Source: Diadema antillarum (Eukaryota). Taken from it: a stretch of DNA of 64,000 nt. Position numbers and translations under genes: made by a program. Positions 52,150 through 64,000 of the stretch are shown here, one piece after another. Position 1 is the first letter of the stretch; each line of letters begins with the position of its first letter. Location of the stretch: contig NW_027271698.1 of assembly GCF_040938485.1 (NCBI RefSeq), positions 2,542,001-2,606,000 of the forward strand. Reading direction: 5' to 3'. A model generated the notes under the pieces. The model had not been told where the DNA came from and did not search any database. It was given only the letters and a program-made list of their open reading frames with translations.

Positions 52150-52898
52150 CACCAATTCGAGTTTTACATCTATACTGGTCTTAACTTTGGAACTCCTTTG
52201 ATGGCAGGATTAGATTTGCACCTAGCATGTCATTTAAATGTAGATTGAAATTGTTTCTGTGAAGTTATTATGCTAGGCCCTCAAAGAATCGCCCAAATTT
52301 TCCGTCATTCAAACATTATGACTTTGACCTATTCGATTCGTCCGACCAAGTTCCGGTCCCATCCATTGCGCATATTTCTTCTCCCTCCAAATTTTGAATT
52401 TTGTGCGAGGATTTATTACTTTTCATTTGCAATTCCTTTTCCTAGTTCAAGACCATCCGTTTCTAACTCAACTCATGATTCCTTCCACCAACTTCCTTGC
52501 TACAAGAAGGCAACCGTGTACACAATGCAGGGCTTTGTAAGTCTTCTTTTTTTTTGGGGGGGGGGGAGTAGTAGTGTTTTGAATTTGTCGTCTATGTGGG
52601 AAACATTTCTCTGCCGGTATGCGGCGACATTTTTTTTTTTTCGTATCTTATTAGCAATTGTTTGAAGGGAATACATATTACAGGCTCCTCTTTTTATCTT
52701 CCCCTCCATTTTAAATATTATCAACATTTTTTTGTGTGTAAATATCATGAATCTATTCCTTACAATCTATTGCTTGTTTGCATTATATTTCAGCATAAAT
52801 CATATACAATATCCTGTATGTTTTGCATGATACGTTTTTCCACTTTCATTCTTTGTTGGCAATGAAAATGAATAAATGACATGAAATTGAATTGAAAT
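52150..52898 (+). mobile_element. Decayed CR1/L2-type LINE 3' remnant
   Basis: The degenerate ORF2 end resembles 49090-49200. It terminates in AATAAA...TGAAATTGAATTGAA. Confidence 0.45.
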
Positions 52899-55677
52899 TA
52901 CCTTCTTGATTGTACACATAAACTATGTTACTTAACTATAATTGACGCTGTATGTATGTACCATGTGATTCATGATATTCGAAAAAAAAACTATGCAACA
53001 ACTTGTGATTTGTTGAATTTGAAAATGAAGAAGAAAACGAACAAAATGAATTAAATGAAAATAAAGAAGATTAAACTTTATTTTCATACTGGTCTTTTCA
53101 ACCAAAGATCACAAATGCATTCATCCGTGAAAAACCGCATCCCGGATGCAAAAACCCTTTCACTACATGCTGATATTCAAGTACTTCTATTTAGTTGACT
53201 TCTACGTTTACTTGTTATTCTTCTCACACGTATTCAACGACTGATTTCTTCATTTTATACGTGAGTCTTGTACTAAGTATATTATTATGTTAAGGTGTGA
53301 AAGTACTATTATCATTCTATGTAGTTTATAATTGTTCTATATATTATGTGTTAATTTGTATGTGTTAAATTCATAGTTTAAGAAAAACGCAGAAAAAAAT
53401 TGAATGTGTAGAAAATAAAATCTTTCACATCCGTTGCAAACGGCATTAAAGGTGTCAATGTGTTCAAGATGTTTCTAGTCTATATATCTAAGTGTAATCT
53501 CCACTTATAGTCCGAGAAAGTGGATTAGGAAGAGTACGCTTGATTGGTTGCAAAGTTGAAAATAAATAAAACCAACGCAATCAATTTCGAATTTCAACTT
53601 ATAAAGGCTCTAAAATGCAAAGTACTCTAAAATTGCTGCCGAATGCAAACTGTCCATTATCAGTAAAATATTACTTTCATCTACACGTTTTGGTTTTACA
53701 AATAATGATATTACTGATATCTATTTCCGTTTACTTCATGATATCTTTTCATTGTTAAAAAGTTTGCTTTAAATATCTAAATCAATTGGAGTGCAACTAC
53801 GAAGTTAAAGGAACGAGATTTTAAGAAATGGAGTAGAAACGAATTGTTCTTCTTTAAAGTCATGCACAACATCGCCGAAAAATTATGGGCTTTTAAAACA
53901 AGTGGTTAGGTGCTGTGAAAAAAAGAAAAGAGAGCATCAGTTATCACAAACACGGCGCTCTCAAAGAAGAAAAGACTCATCTCTTGCTGCTCTTCTTCCA
54001 AAATGTGAGCAACAATGAATGTGAGCTACTTGACCTAAAGCAGCAAATCCAACTGCAGTGTAAAAATTATACTTTTATCTGCAAAAAGTAGAAAACAGGA
54101 AACAGAACACGCTTTAGGACTAAGGAGGTTCAAGAAATTTTACCACAACAGTCTTAATTCCTTTGAAATTAGATTTAAGCTATACTAAACCTATATTTCA
54201 AGTATGTGTCAAACTGAATCTACCTCACAGATGGGAAGATAATTGGTTTATGTCTCATTGCATAATGACAAAACACTCTCTAATGAAGGAAACTTGAGCA
54301 AACATTGATGAAACAAAAATAGGAAATAGAAATTACTCGACTGGTCGTATTTGGGCAATAATCCGACATCAATTTTAAGGAATTACAGACGGATATGATT
54401 TAGGCAGAATGATGTCACTGGTTTATCAAAATAAAATATATAAAGGTTTATTTATTCGAATCATATCTCGTAGCTAAGGGTTAAATTGCGTATAACATTA
54501 CAAATACTATGTATACAGATAAATTCAAACATTCTGACAGTAAAAAAATGATAAAAAATAAGTGAGAAAATGTCGTAATTATACAAATCAATAGGTTAAA
54601 CAATATCAAACATAAAGATACACGATTAAGACGCATTAATGAGACCTGAAAAGTTACTGTGGCGACTGGTTTGCCTACGCCATCTCAACATCCCTAATAA
54701 GACAGCCAAAAAAAAAAATTATTTAAGACAATTTCATATTACTGATGAAAGAAACCCCCAAATATATTAAATATTTCTATACAATTTTCTTACTTAAATT
54801 TCATTCAAATGTCTAGATTATCTCATAAAGCAACCTAAAACGCTAAATAAAATGTGAAAAAAATATTCATGACTTCTCGTAAATTGTACGGTAATTTGCT
54901 TGACGATTTTATTCCAATTACTAAAATCAACCTCAGCTTCGACTGATGCAAGGTATAGATCCTCTATCACTGAACGTCATGCATCAATGGCGTAAGTTTT
55001 CGCGCCTCCTAATTGTGCCTACTTGGTCAGAAATGACTTCAGTTGAGGACATGTTTGGAAGTACATGCATACTGATCGCACAATACAAAACACTGAACCA
55101 TTATTCTGATATGTATAAGTATTTGGTGTGAGAATACACAAGAAGGTCACAGATCTGAGTGTTTAAGCTGACGGATCTATATGCACAGACATCATTAAGG
55201 ATCATAAAGAGAACTCTCAATCTGTAATTAGGGTCGCAAAACGCGAGAGACTGATGGCATTATGAATCTTGTGACCACGGGCATTGATATTGCCATAACT
55301 GTGCAAGAACGAAACGACAGGAGAATTCTTTGGCATTCTGTTCTAGGACTATCCATTCAATAAATCCCGATTAAATCTAATTGTATATTCTTATTACTGC
55401 TATATTTGCGACAGCGTGCAATTCGTGCCAGCATACAGATTTACAGTAAAGATTTCTTCTCGACGAAGGCGGCCAGATTTGCTTTGTCTTTTCGACGGAG
55501 GCAGACTCTTGCATTAGTTGATTTGCTGCCACCAACGACAAGAGGATAAGTCTATTCGTTGCGGAGTGGAGAAATTTTACATTAAAATGATAACGGCATG
55601 AAATACATAATGCAGCATTTAGAAGACACGGTAGCTGCATGGCTAGAAGATAAAGCTATTGTTATGTATATATGTTT

Positions 55678-55956
55678 TATAGTGAAAACTTTGAGCAAAG
55701 AGAATGGGTTGCCATTGGAATTCGAACCCGAGACCACCATATTGCGAGACCGGTGCTCTACCGACTGAGCTATAGAAAGCCCTAGCACAGTGCGTGTCTT
55801 ATGACCCTTGATTCTCAATGCTCATGTGGTCAGAAGCTATAGTGTACTAGAGTTTTCTATAACTGCAATCGGTATAAAGCACCGGTCTAGAAATCCGGAG
55901 GTCTAGGGTTCGAATCCAGATGGAAACACATATTCTTTGCTCAAAATTTTCGCTAT
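55678..55956. mobile_element. Palindromic element made of two outward-facing tRNA-like arms
   Basis: The left arm (55678-55785, minus) has A box TAGCTCAGTCGGTAGAGC and B box GGTTCGAATTCC. The right arm (55847-55956, plus) is its diverged inverted copy with GGTTCGAATCC. The element is absent from the homologous position upstream of Rab B. Confidence 0.7.
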
Positions 55957-56616
55957 TTTATCATTCGTTTCTGGTAAGTTTTCTTTTTGTTTGTTTTCAT
56001 TATAATAGCCTACCTTAACCTAAGATATCTCTATTTTCAACAGCGTATATAGCCGTTGATAATACCGGTACTTGCTGTGCACATTTCCTCTGCAACAAAA
56101 CATGATGCAATGCACCTTGGTTTTATGTAATCGACATTTTCATAAATCGTTATGATTTGATATCAAGGCAATAATGAGTAAAAAACTATTCTATTCTCTT
56201 TGTCTACACAAGTCATGTTATTTCATTGTTACTTTGTGACAAAGATTATGATAATACTTAAAATTTGAATAGCAGATCAGTAATGATGATTAAATAACGT
56301 ATATTTTTCATGATTGAACATCATGGGATTCTTCTGTTGTATGAAATCATTCCTATTTTGTGATATTAACCTCATGCTGGTCTTTAAAACACAAAGTCCC
56401 AATTGTAATTCCTCTCGTTGTTTGCCAGTTATTCAGTATTTGCCTGGAGTCCAACGTATCACATAGGACAAAGTGTAGGAAGAATAAAGATCTGGGTTTT
56501 CCCTTCAAGCTTCGAACAACAGTCATGAATTTTGGACTTTGGTATGTTCGAAACACTGGGCCTATATACAGATCACGACACTTGTGGGACTTTCTTGTAT
56601 TCGGCCGACAACTGCT

Positions 56617-59600
56617 ATGGGTGAGGCTAATGAAAACGTCTTTAAGGTGTGCCTTTTCGGAGTGAGTAGAACAAGGCTTTCTTTTCGAATCATTTATTGA
56701 TGTTTACTTTATTTGAATAGACTCACTTCATCTCTCCCGAAAAAAAGGAAATGTCTGGAGAAGTTACATATTTATGATTATTATTGTTACAATTTTGTCA
56801 TTGTTGCATGTTACTTTTACGTCGTATACAAGTACTATTACTGATAGATATTTATTTTTAGTATTTTGCCTCTCGTTATACTTGTCGTATAAAACTAGAT
56901 GATATTATTGCTTATTGTTCTGTTCTTAAGTGTGTAACGAGTGTAAAATGAGTTCAAATCATGGCTGGAAAATCTACTTGATTTGTGTGCTTGCCCATTT
57001 TTCACTCTTTGTGTTAAAATATCCTTAATTAATCTTGTATGTATATCATATGTGTGTGTATGTGTGTATGTGTTTATATACATAATATATCACTCTGTGC
57101 CCTTTTTCAAATCAATATTTACGTTCCACTAAAGGTCTTTCAACAACATCTTAAGATCAGATCGCTCGTTTCTATGCAAAACCCATTCCTATTCATTTTT
57201 AATAACAAATTTATATTACCTCAAATGATGTATCATGTTATCCGAGGCCGTCATCTCAGTCCAGCCCATTGCTTATCGATGACGGTCTCCTCCAGTTGTA
57301 CCTCGAAATATTTGTTTGTTCATACGTATGTCATTTTTTTTGAAAAAGGAAGAATGAAAATAAATGAATTGAATTGAATTGTGTACCTGTATATCAATAA
57401 ATATATTACGATTAGGAGTCTCTGATTTTGTCATTTTCAGTGTGTATATTTTGTGTGCATTTTTGTATATTATTGTACAAGTGGACTGATAAAATTACAC
57501 TAAGACAGAAGCTGAAAATGTGATAAAGCGAGTGAAGGTAAAGCCTTAAAAACATTTTTGTTTTTGTGTCTTTAATCTCTGCCTTGATTTATTTTCATTC
57601 TGAGCTCTGTTTTCTGTTTCTTTTTTTTCTGTCTTCATCCTCAGAAATTCTATGTGGGGAAAACAAGTATAGTAAGTCGATTCATCTCGGGAAATTTTCG
57701 AGAAAAGTACGAAACCACTATCGGGTGAGGCTATTTGTCAACTTTTTTGTTTGTCTTTGTGTGTGTGTGTGTTTGTGTGTGTGAGTTTTGTTTTGTTTTT
57801 GTGTTTAAGTGTATGCGTTTCTATAACATTGTTATTATAGTTATGATCTTTATAGCAATATATTAACAATAATGCGATTATCAAAAATGGTATTGATTAG
57901 TAATATCATTGTTTTCGGGGTAACCTCTCGGTTTGAAAAGTGTTCCTTATAGCCTATAACAAGACACATGAAAATCATTCAAGAACTGGAGGCACATGCA
58001 TTTGAGCAAGCACAGTGATATCCAAGAAGTCAACGATACACTAACATCCAGTTAGAGTGAACAGAAACAATTATATGCAGAAGTCTGTCATTTTCAGGAG
58101 ATGAAACGAAAAGAAAATAGAAACATACACAGAAATGAGCAATTTGCCATTGGAATTCGTCGTGTGCTAAAATGGAATCTTGTGAATCGAGTGGGGAAGG
58201 GGAAAAAGAAACAACTTGAGAGCTAAAATTAGTGATCAAAGCAATGGATTAAGTGAATCAGGCCTTTATAATAACAATAATAATAATTAGACAAATTTGT
58301 ATAGCGCAGCTACTACGTAAATATACTCTACTGCGCTGTGATGTAACAGAGCTCCTGACATTGTTATTGATTAGACACACAAAAAATAAGTAACAAATTG
58401 ATCAAAGGCTTCTGAAAAAGGGTAAGTCTTTAACAAAGATTTGAAGACAGCAAATGATGGGGCCTTCCTCATTTTCTCAGGCAATTTATTCAAGTGTTGA
58501 TACTGAGAGAACAACAGCAAAATTATATTTAATTAATTTAATTATTATTATTATTATCATTATTATATTTTATTATTATATTTAATTATCATATTTTGTT
58601 ATTGTTCTCTCAGTATCAACACTTTAGAAAGGGTGGCGAGACGCTCGAAAATTTGTGTGCAGAAATAAACCGTTGGTGAATACAGCATGAACTTTGTACC
58701 AGTTTTGTTACTTATCTTTTTATCTTGCCAACACGTGGACAACCTAATCAACATATATATATATATATATATGTGTGTGTATACACTGTATATATACATA
58801 TTATGACACGTATAATTTTTTCCCAAGATTTTGGATATAGTGAGTAGATTAAATCTATATTAATCTGTAATAACTAAAGAGGAATCATATCTTAATAAAC
58901 TGAATCAACATTAGCAATTTCAAGAAAATACGGAAATGAACCCGGTGAAAGTGCCAAATTAAAATATGACTTAATGGAGTAGCAACATAATAAATAATAA
59001 TTTTCAATGAACGTAAATTTATGTTATGTAATGCCCAGCGAATTTACTTAACTTGAGCTGTTAAGATATAATGATTATTTCATAATTTTTATTATCATTA
59101 TATTTAGGTTGAGAAATAATGAATATTGGAGGTCACCATGTCACCTTCTCGCCAATAACAAAGTATATGTCAAGGAATGTTTAGTATTGTTTAAACATTC
59201 AGTCCTCGTTGTCTTGGCTTCTCAACCTGATCAAGGTGCCTGCTGGTAGAATTTTCAGAAGTCGTCCTCTCGTCTATTCCTCCTTAACATTTTCTGTGCC
59301 AGTGAGTCAAATATGCACAGATTTCACTCATAAACCTATGGACAGAAAATAACTGTGGCATACAGAGGGTTAATAAGTGGGTCAGGAGGCTTCAACACGC
59401 CTTCTCACTGCACGTATAAAGGTTCTGTTCAGCAATTTTGCGTAAAACGTGCAGTTGCCGTCTTGTACTTGTGACCTTATATTCAACCATAGCAGCTGAG
59501 CATATACTTCGAGCACAGACAGCCAATAATGGAGTTCATCACGAAGCAAACAAGAATGTAAAAAAAAACAAACTAACTAACTATGTCAAAAAATGCAATG

Positions 59601-62560
59601 ATGTTACGGTCAATACAACTGTTGTGTAATTCAGGCTGATTTTCTGAAAATGACTTCCATTTTTTCCTTCCAGAGCTGCTTATTCTCCCACAAACGTGTA
59701 CTACCAGGACACAGCTTATCATCTGGGAATATGGGACACCGCTGGACAGGAAAGAGTAAGTAAAAATAATGCATCCACCTTTTCATGTAGAATTCAGCCC
59801 TCGATATTGTCACTTTTCTCCTCTTTCTCCTTCATCTAAGAAATTTATGGTAGAGCCATGCAGCTTGTGGTCTCACCTCCCTGGTGGTAGACCTCCCTGG
59901 TGGTAGACAGTCACCAGTGTAAGATATTTGAAATTTCCCCGGTATGATATTCACAGCTTGAAGTAACATGACAAAATCGATGTTGCACCGGTCAGAAGTT
60001 TATAATTGTCATTGCCATCTTAAAGTCAAGTGCAAAGCCTCTCAGTGCTCACATCGACGTTAATAGATATTACTTGTCTTGATATCTATCACACAAGATC
60101 AAAATGTCAATGAAATCGGACTCGAAATAAGAATGTTGTAAAAGTTAAAAGTTCTTAATGTAACAACTGATTTATTATTAAGATGATTGTAACCGTGATT
60201 AATGAAGTCATCACATCACATCATTCTGTCTTTATGCCTTGCGCGGGAAACTAAACATGTCCAAAAGAGCAACCCACTAAATCAACATCGTCCGCTTTTC
60301 CTTGAATAAACGAATAAACGATTACAATGTATGACAACATTGCGCCCTGTCGAACTCTCTGTGTATATGTCGTATTACTTTCCCATCCAGTATCGTACGA
60401 TTGCTGAAATAACGTATAGGAGAGCAGACGTCGGGCTTTTAGTTTACAGCATAAACGATAAGGTAAGAAATTGATTTTACACCTATAAAATAGTAACATA
60501 CTCAGAAGTACTTGATAAATTTGCATTCTTGTAACGTGTATACATTGATGGATTTATAATGTGGTAATATCATAAGAGGTGGTATACGTGTACTTGAGGA
60601 AGGAAACATAAAAACATGCTGGTTATCACCAAATATAATAATGAGGGCATTTGAAATCTTTCCATGCACCATGTTTGTCCTATTCCGATGCCATAGAATT
60701 TCCCTCCCAACACTGCCTGAATGCTTTAGTAATTAAACTGACGATTTACGTTACTGTACATAATTGGACTGCAGTGGAATTTAAATGAATCACAGCTGAA
60801 CTTACCGCATTGACACAATTCGAAATATATACGCCTTTCATAAGGTATTGAAACGTTATATACCACACTGGATATGTCGTTAGAATAAACAACTCTTTGG
60901 GAACCATGATGCTTTCAGTAGTCGATCGTCTCGACAATATGACATACATAGATGATAGGTCTACAGACAACTCACTTTTTTATTTTCTCTATGAATCATA
61001 TGTATTTGAAGAAGTCATTTGCTGACGTAGAATACTGGATGGACGAGCTAAGGAAGAAAGCTCCAGAAGATATACTCATCTTTCTTATCGGAAACAAGTC
61101 GGACCTAGAATCTGAGCGAGCAGTGAGCCGGAGTTTGGCCGAACAGTACGCACAAGAAAACAACGCTGTGTATCTCGAGTCCAGCGCAAAAACAGGAGAG
61201 GGCATCTCGGAAATATTCCAGGAAATATGTACGTTCTCATTCGTCTTTCTTTTAAAACGATGCATGATAACAGTTATTAGTCTCATGAATTCGTGAGATT
61301 GTAATATTGCGCCATATTTGTTGTTACTAGAAACAGGCATTTTGGAATATAGCGGTATAATAGAAAAGGAAATTGACTGTATATAGACGGGAGACCTGGA
61401 GATCAACTTAGTGGCACTCGGCATGTACATTGATCCATATATAAAACTTTTTTTTTATTTTTTGATTTAACTAAAAAGCATATAGGCCTAATGGTGCAAC
61501 GGATATTAATTGGATATAACAAAGCAAACCTGAACGCAACTATGAAGGCCATTAAGCATTCCAAACAGGTTTGTTGGTCATCAAATCATTATTATTAAGT
61601 AGTCTAATGAAACGATTATCTCACACAGTGGAGTAGATATCAAGCAGATTTGAATAAGCAATTTAAACCCGTGTGATTTAGCACAAACGCCAAGACATTC
61701 ATGTATGATCCAACCCTCAAGAACCAAATTATAACTACTCTGCGTCAAAAGCGATAAAGGAATCAGTTCAGACATCTCTACTTTGTTGAAATAAAATAGT
61801 TCTTGTATATATGGGCCAGAAGAATTTCATTCTTATCATTTTTATACAGGGCCTACTTGGTTTGTTAACCTAACCCTCGTTTTCTTTTCTTTTCTTTTTT
61901 TCATTTGTAAAGACCATGAAATTCCGATTTTGCATGTAAAAACAACTTCATTTTTATTTAACATTACCTCAGTTGATTATGCTTCTCTTGGGATAGACCT
62001 ATGAGTTCTTGTGATTAAAGTGAAATGTTCTCGTGTAAAATATTGTTGATGCTTTGTGCTAATTAATGGTTAAAAAAAGGCTATCACAGCAATACATTGC
62101 GACGATAACGAAAATCAATTTTCCTTTTCACCGATCAATCACCAATCTAATTCTTTCGTAGCCTTTTGGAAAGTACAACTCGCTATAATTTGAGGACACG
62201 CACACAGAGAGCAGTGGACTCGCACGCACAGCGCACGAACGGCGAGTTGCGATCGCTGCGTACGTGCGAGTCCACTGCTCGCTGTGTGCGAGCCCATATT
62301 GCGAGCTGCTTTTGCAAGAGGCTAATTCTTTCGGGACCATCACGTCAAGATTATGTCACAATGATGCCAGAGTCACGTGATCAAAACTTTGTTACATTTC
62401 CCACGTAACAGGTGCAGCGCTGGCAAAAACTTCAAAAGAGAGAAATTACAGCTACCTTTCACGGCGGGAAGAATATACTATTCGTCTTGGTTCGTCCGTC
62501 AACAGTCAGCATAGCCAACGAGAAAATACAGCTCGTGGTTGTCGATGTCGGAAAAATTGA
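56617..62560 (+). CDS. Rab22/Rab31-like small GTPase, paralog C (214 aa)
   Basis: Exons 56617-56661, 57645-57724, 59674-59755, 60391-60462, 61012-61228 and 62412-62560; GT-AG introns and an open frame. Motifs: KVCLFGKFYVGKT, TTIGAAY, IWDTAGQER, NKSD, SAK, C-terminal GCRCRKN. Confidence 0.92.
62195..62295. repeat. Short foldback (MITE-like hairpin) in Rab C intron 5
   Basis: GCACACAGAGAGCAGTGGACTCGCACG pairs with CGTGCGAGTCCACTGCTCGCTGTGTGC. Confidence 0.7.
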
Positions 62561-63492
62561 TTAGCACACCGATTTAAGACGAGAGTTAAGCCCCAAATGT
62601 AATTTTGTCAAAGGTGTCAATACAAAGCGATTTCCAACACGTGTCGGTATTCATTTTACGTATTGCGGCATATTTCATCATGTAATGGTATGTATTAACA
62701 TCCCATTACTTTTATCATATAGTATGGCAGAGAACAATCTCAACAGGGTGATAATGGAAATGAGTACATGTTGTAGACGACTTCACTTTACATTCTGTTG
62801 ATGTTTTGTTTTCTTCTTCCTTTTCTTGTTTACGTGATCTTGTTCTCATTGTCCAACCTTCTGATATTCAATACAATTTATTTAACTTTATTTATTTCAC
62901 ATGCAAAAAAAGAATACACAATTTTAGGGACATTTTAGGTATATCTTAACATGTATGTTTTATTCAGAACTATGAATTTAAAGTATATCATAAAGGAAAT
63001 CTCAATTTCCAAGCACCAGGCCTTCTTTGACTCATACATCACTCTAAATATTTTGAATGGGAGTTTATGAAGTGAACAAATTGAATTGAATTGAAATGAA
63101 ATACACAAGTTCAGCTCCACATATTGCATATCACGTTAACAGGGAAAACAGAAGAAAAAGATTTAAAAATATATACATACATAGCACGTGAGGGAATCAG
63201 AAAAGGCCATTTTATGAGACCTATAGAAGCCGATTCTTTTACAACTGATGCAAATTACGATCAAAAGAAAGATATATCTGCAGAGTCGAACTACGGGGTA
63301 TAAAATATGCACCACGTAGCAAATAAGAAAGGAGGACAACACAATAAAGAAGAGGAGGGCAAGTTGTTACAAAGACTATTCAGTTGCTCTTTGAATCAAA
63401 ACATTTTAAATCTATGTTGAAAATTGCTGAAGGTGTTGGACATGTATTGATAAAAGCTGGTAACTCTATTCAGCCAATGCTTAACTGCATGC

Positions 63493-64000
63493 TTAAAGGG
63501 GAATTAACCCCAAATATACGCGTGGATTGAGTTAATGAAGCAATATTATTAGAACACATCAGTACAAATTTGAGGAAGATCAGACAATCCGTTCAAAAGA
63601 TATGAATTTTTTAAATTTGGTGACGAGACCGCTAGATCAGAAGACTACTACATATCATGACATCACAAAGGGCGAAGATATAAATAAAAAGTATGAAGAA
63701 AATTCCACAAATAATCATTTCATATGAAAAGTACACATTCCCTTGACTTGTTACTGACATACAGTGTATGTCAAGGGTAATATGCTTTCTGAAAAAGGTA
63801 AGTCTAGTGCTCTTTCATTATGCTAGAAAAGTGAATTTTTAAAAAATCTTCTTTGTATTTTTTTCATATGGTAGTCCAGTGATGTCATGATCCGTAGCAG
63901 TCTTCTGATCCAGCGGTTTCATAACCAAAACTTCAAAAATTCATAAATTTTGAACGGATTGTCCGATTTTCCTCAAACTTTCACTGATGTATTCTGCTTA
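63493..64000. mobile_element. TTAA-type foldback MITE running off the window end
   Basis: Starts TTAAAGGGG. The arm CAATCCGTTCAAAA...GATCAGAAGACTACTAC...CATGACATCAC is mirrored at ~63875-63965. Confidence 0.7.

Noticed and set aside
56617-56640. N-terminal Met-Gly of Rab C as a myristoylation signal
   Set aside because: MGEANE has acidic residues at positions 3 and 6, which is unfavourable for NMT, and A and B have Met-Ala.

Overview
AT-rich, repeat-dense animal genomic DNA. Deu-type SINEs and TTAA-ended MITEs suggest an invertebrate deuterostome such as a sea urchin; this is inference. There are five assembly gaps: 7761-7904, 22602-22827, 28244-28375, 39853-40012 and 47089-47223. I built four complete spliced genes by hand. 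One is a sage-type bHLH transcription factor (+, CDS 30598-35284, 350 aa). The other three are paralogous Rab22/Rab31-like small GTPases with intact reading frames and identical 6-exon architecture: A (minus, 11463-16972), B (+, 39446-46033) and C (+, 56617-62560). A and B flank sage in inverted orientation, and B/C form a ~17-kb tandem duplication. The three Rabs differ mainly in the P-loop and switch regions. B has lost the catalytic Gln and the Rab-family signature motifs, and it ends in a CaaX-like CRIS. A probable terminal exon of an unidentified upstream gene lies at 1745-1883. Other content: three Helentron-associated (HINE/DINE-like) elements with tandem arrays, a hAT element with an 8-bp TSD, several MITEs, LINE fragments, a tRNA-derived Deu-domain SINE, a palindromic double tRNA-like element, a dispersed ~30-bp micro-palindrome family, and minimal hammerhead ribozyme motifs in Penelope-like remnants. 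All alignments were done by eye; no database search was run.
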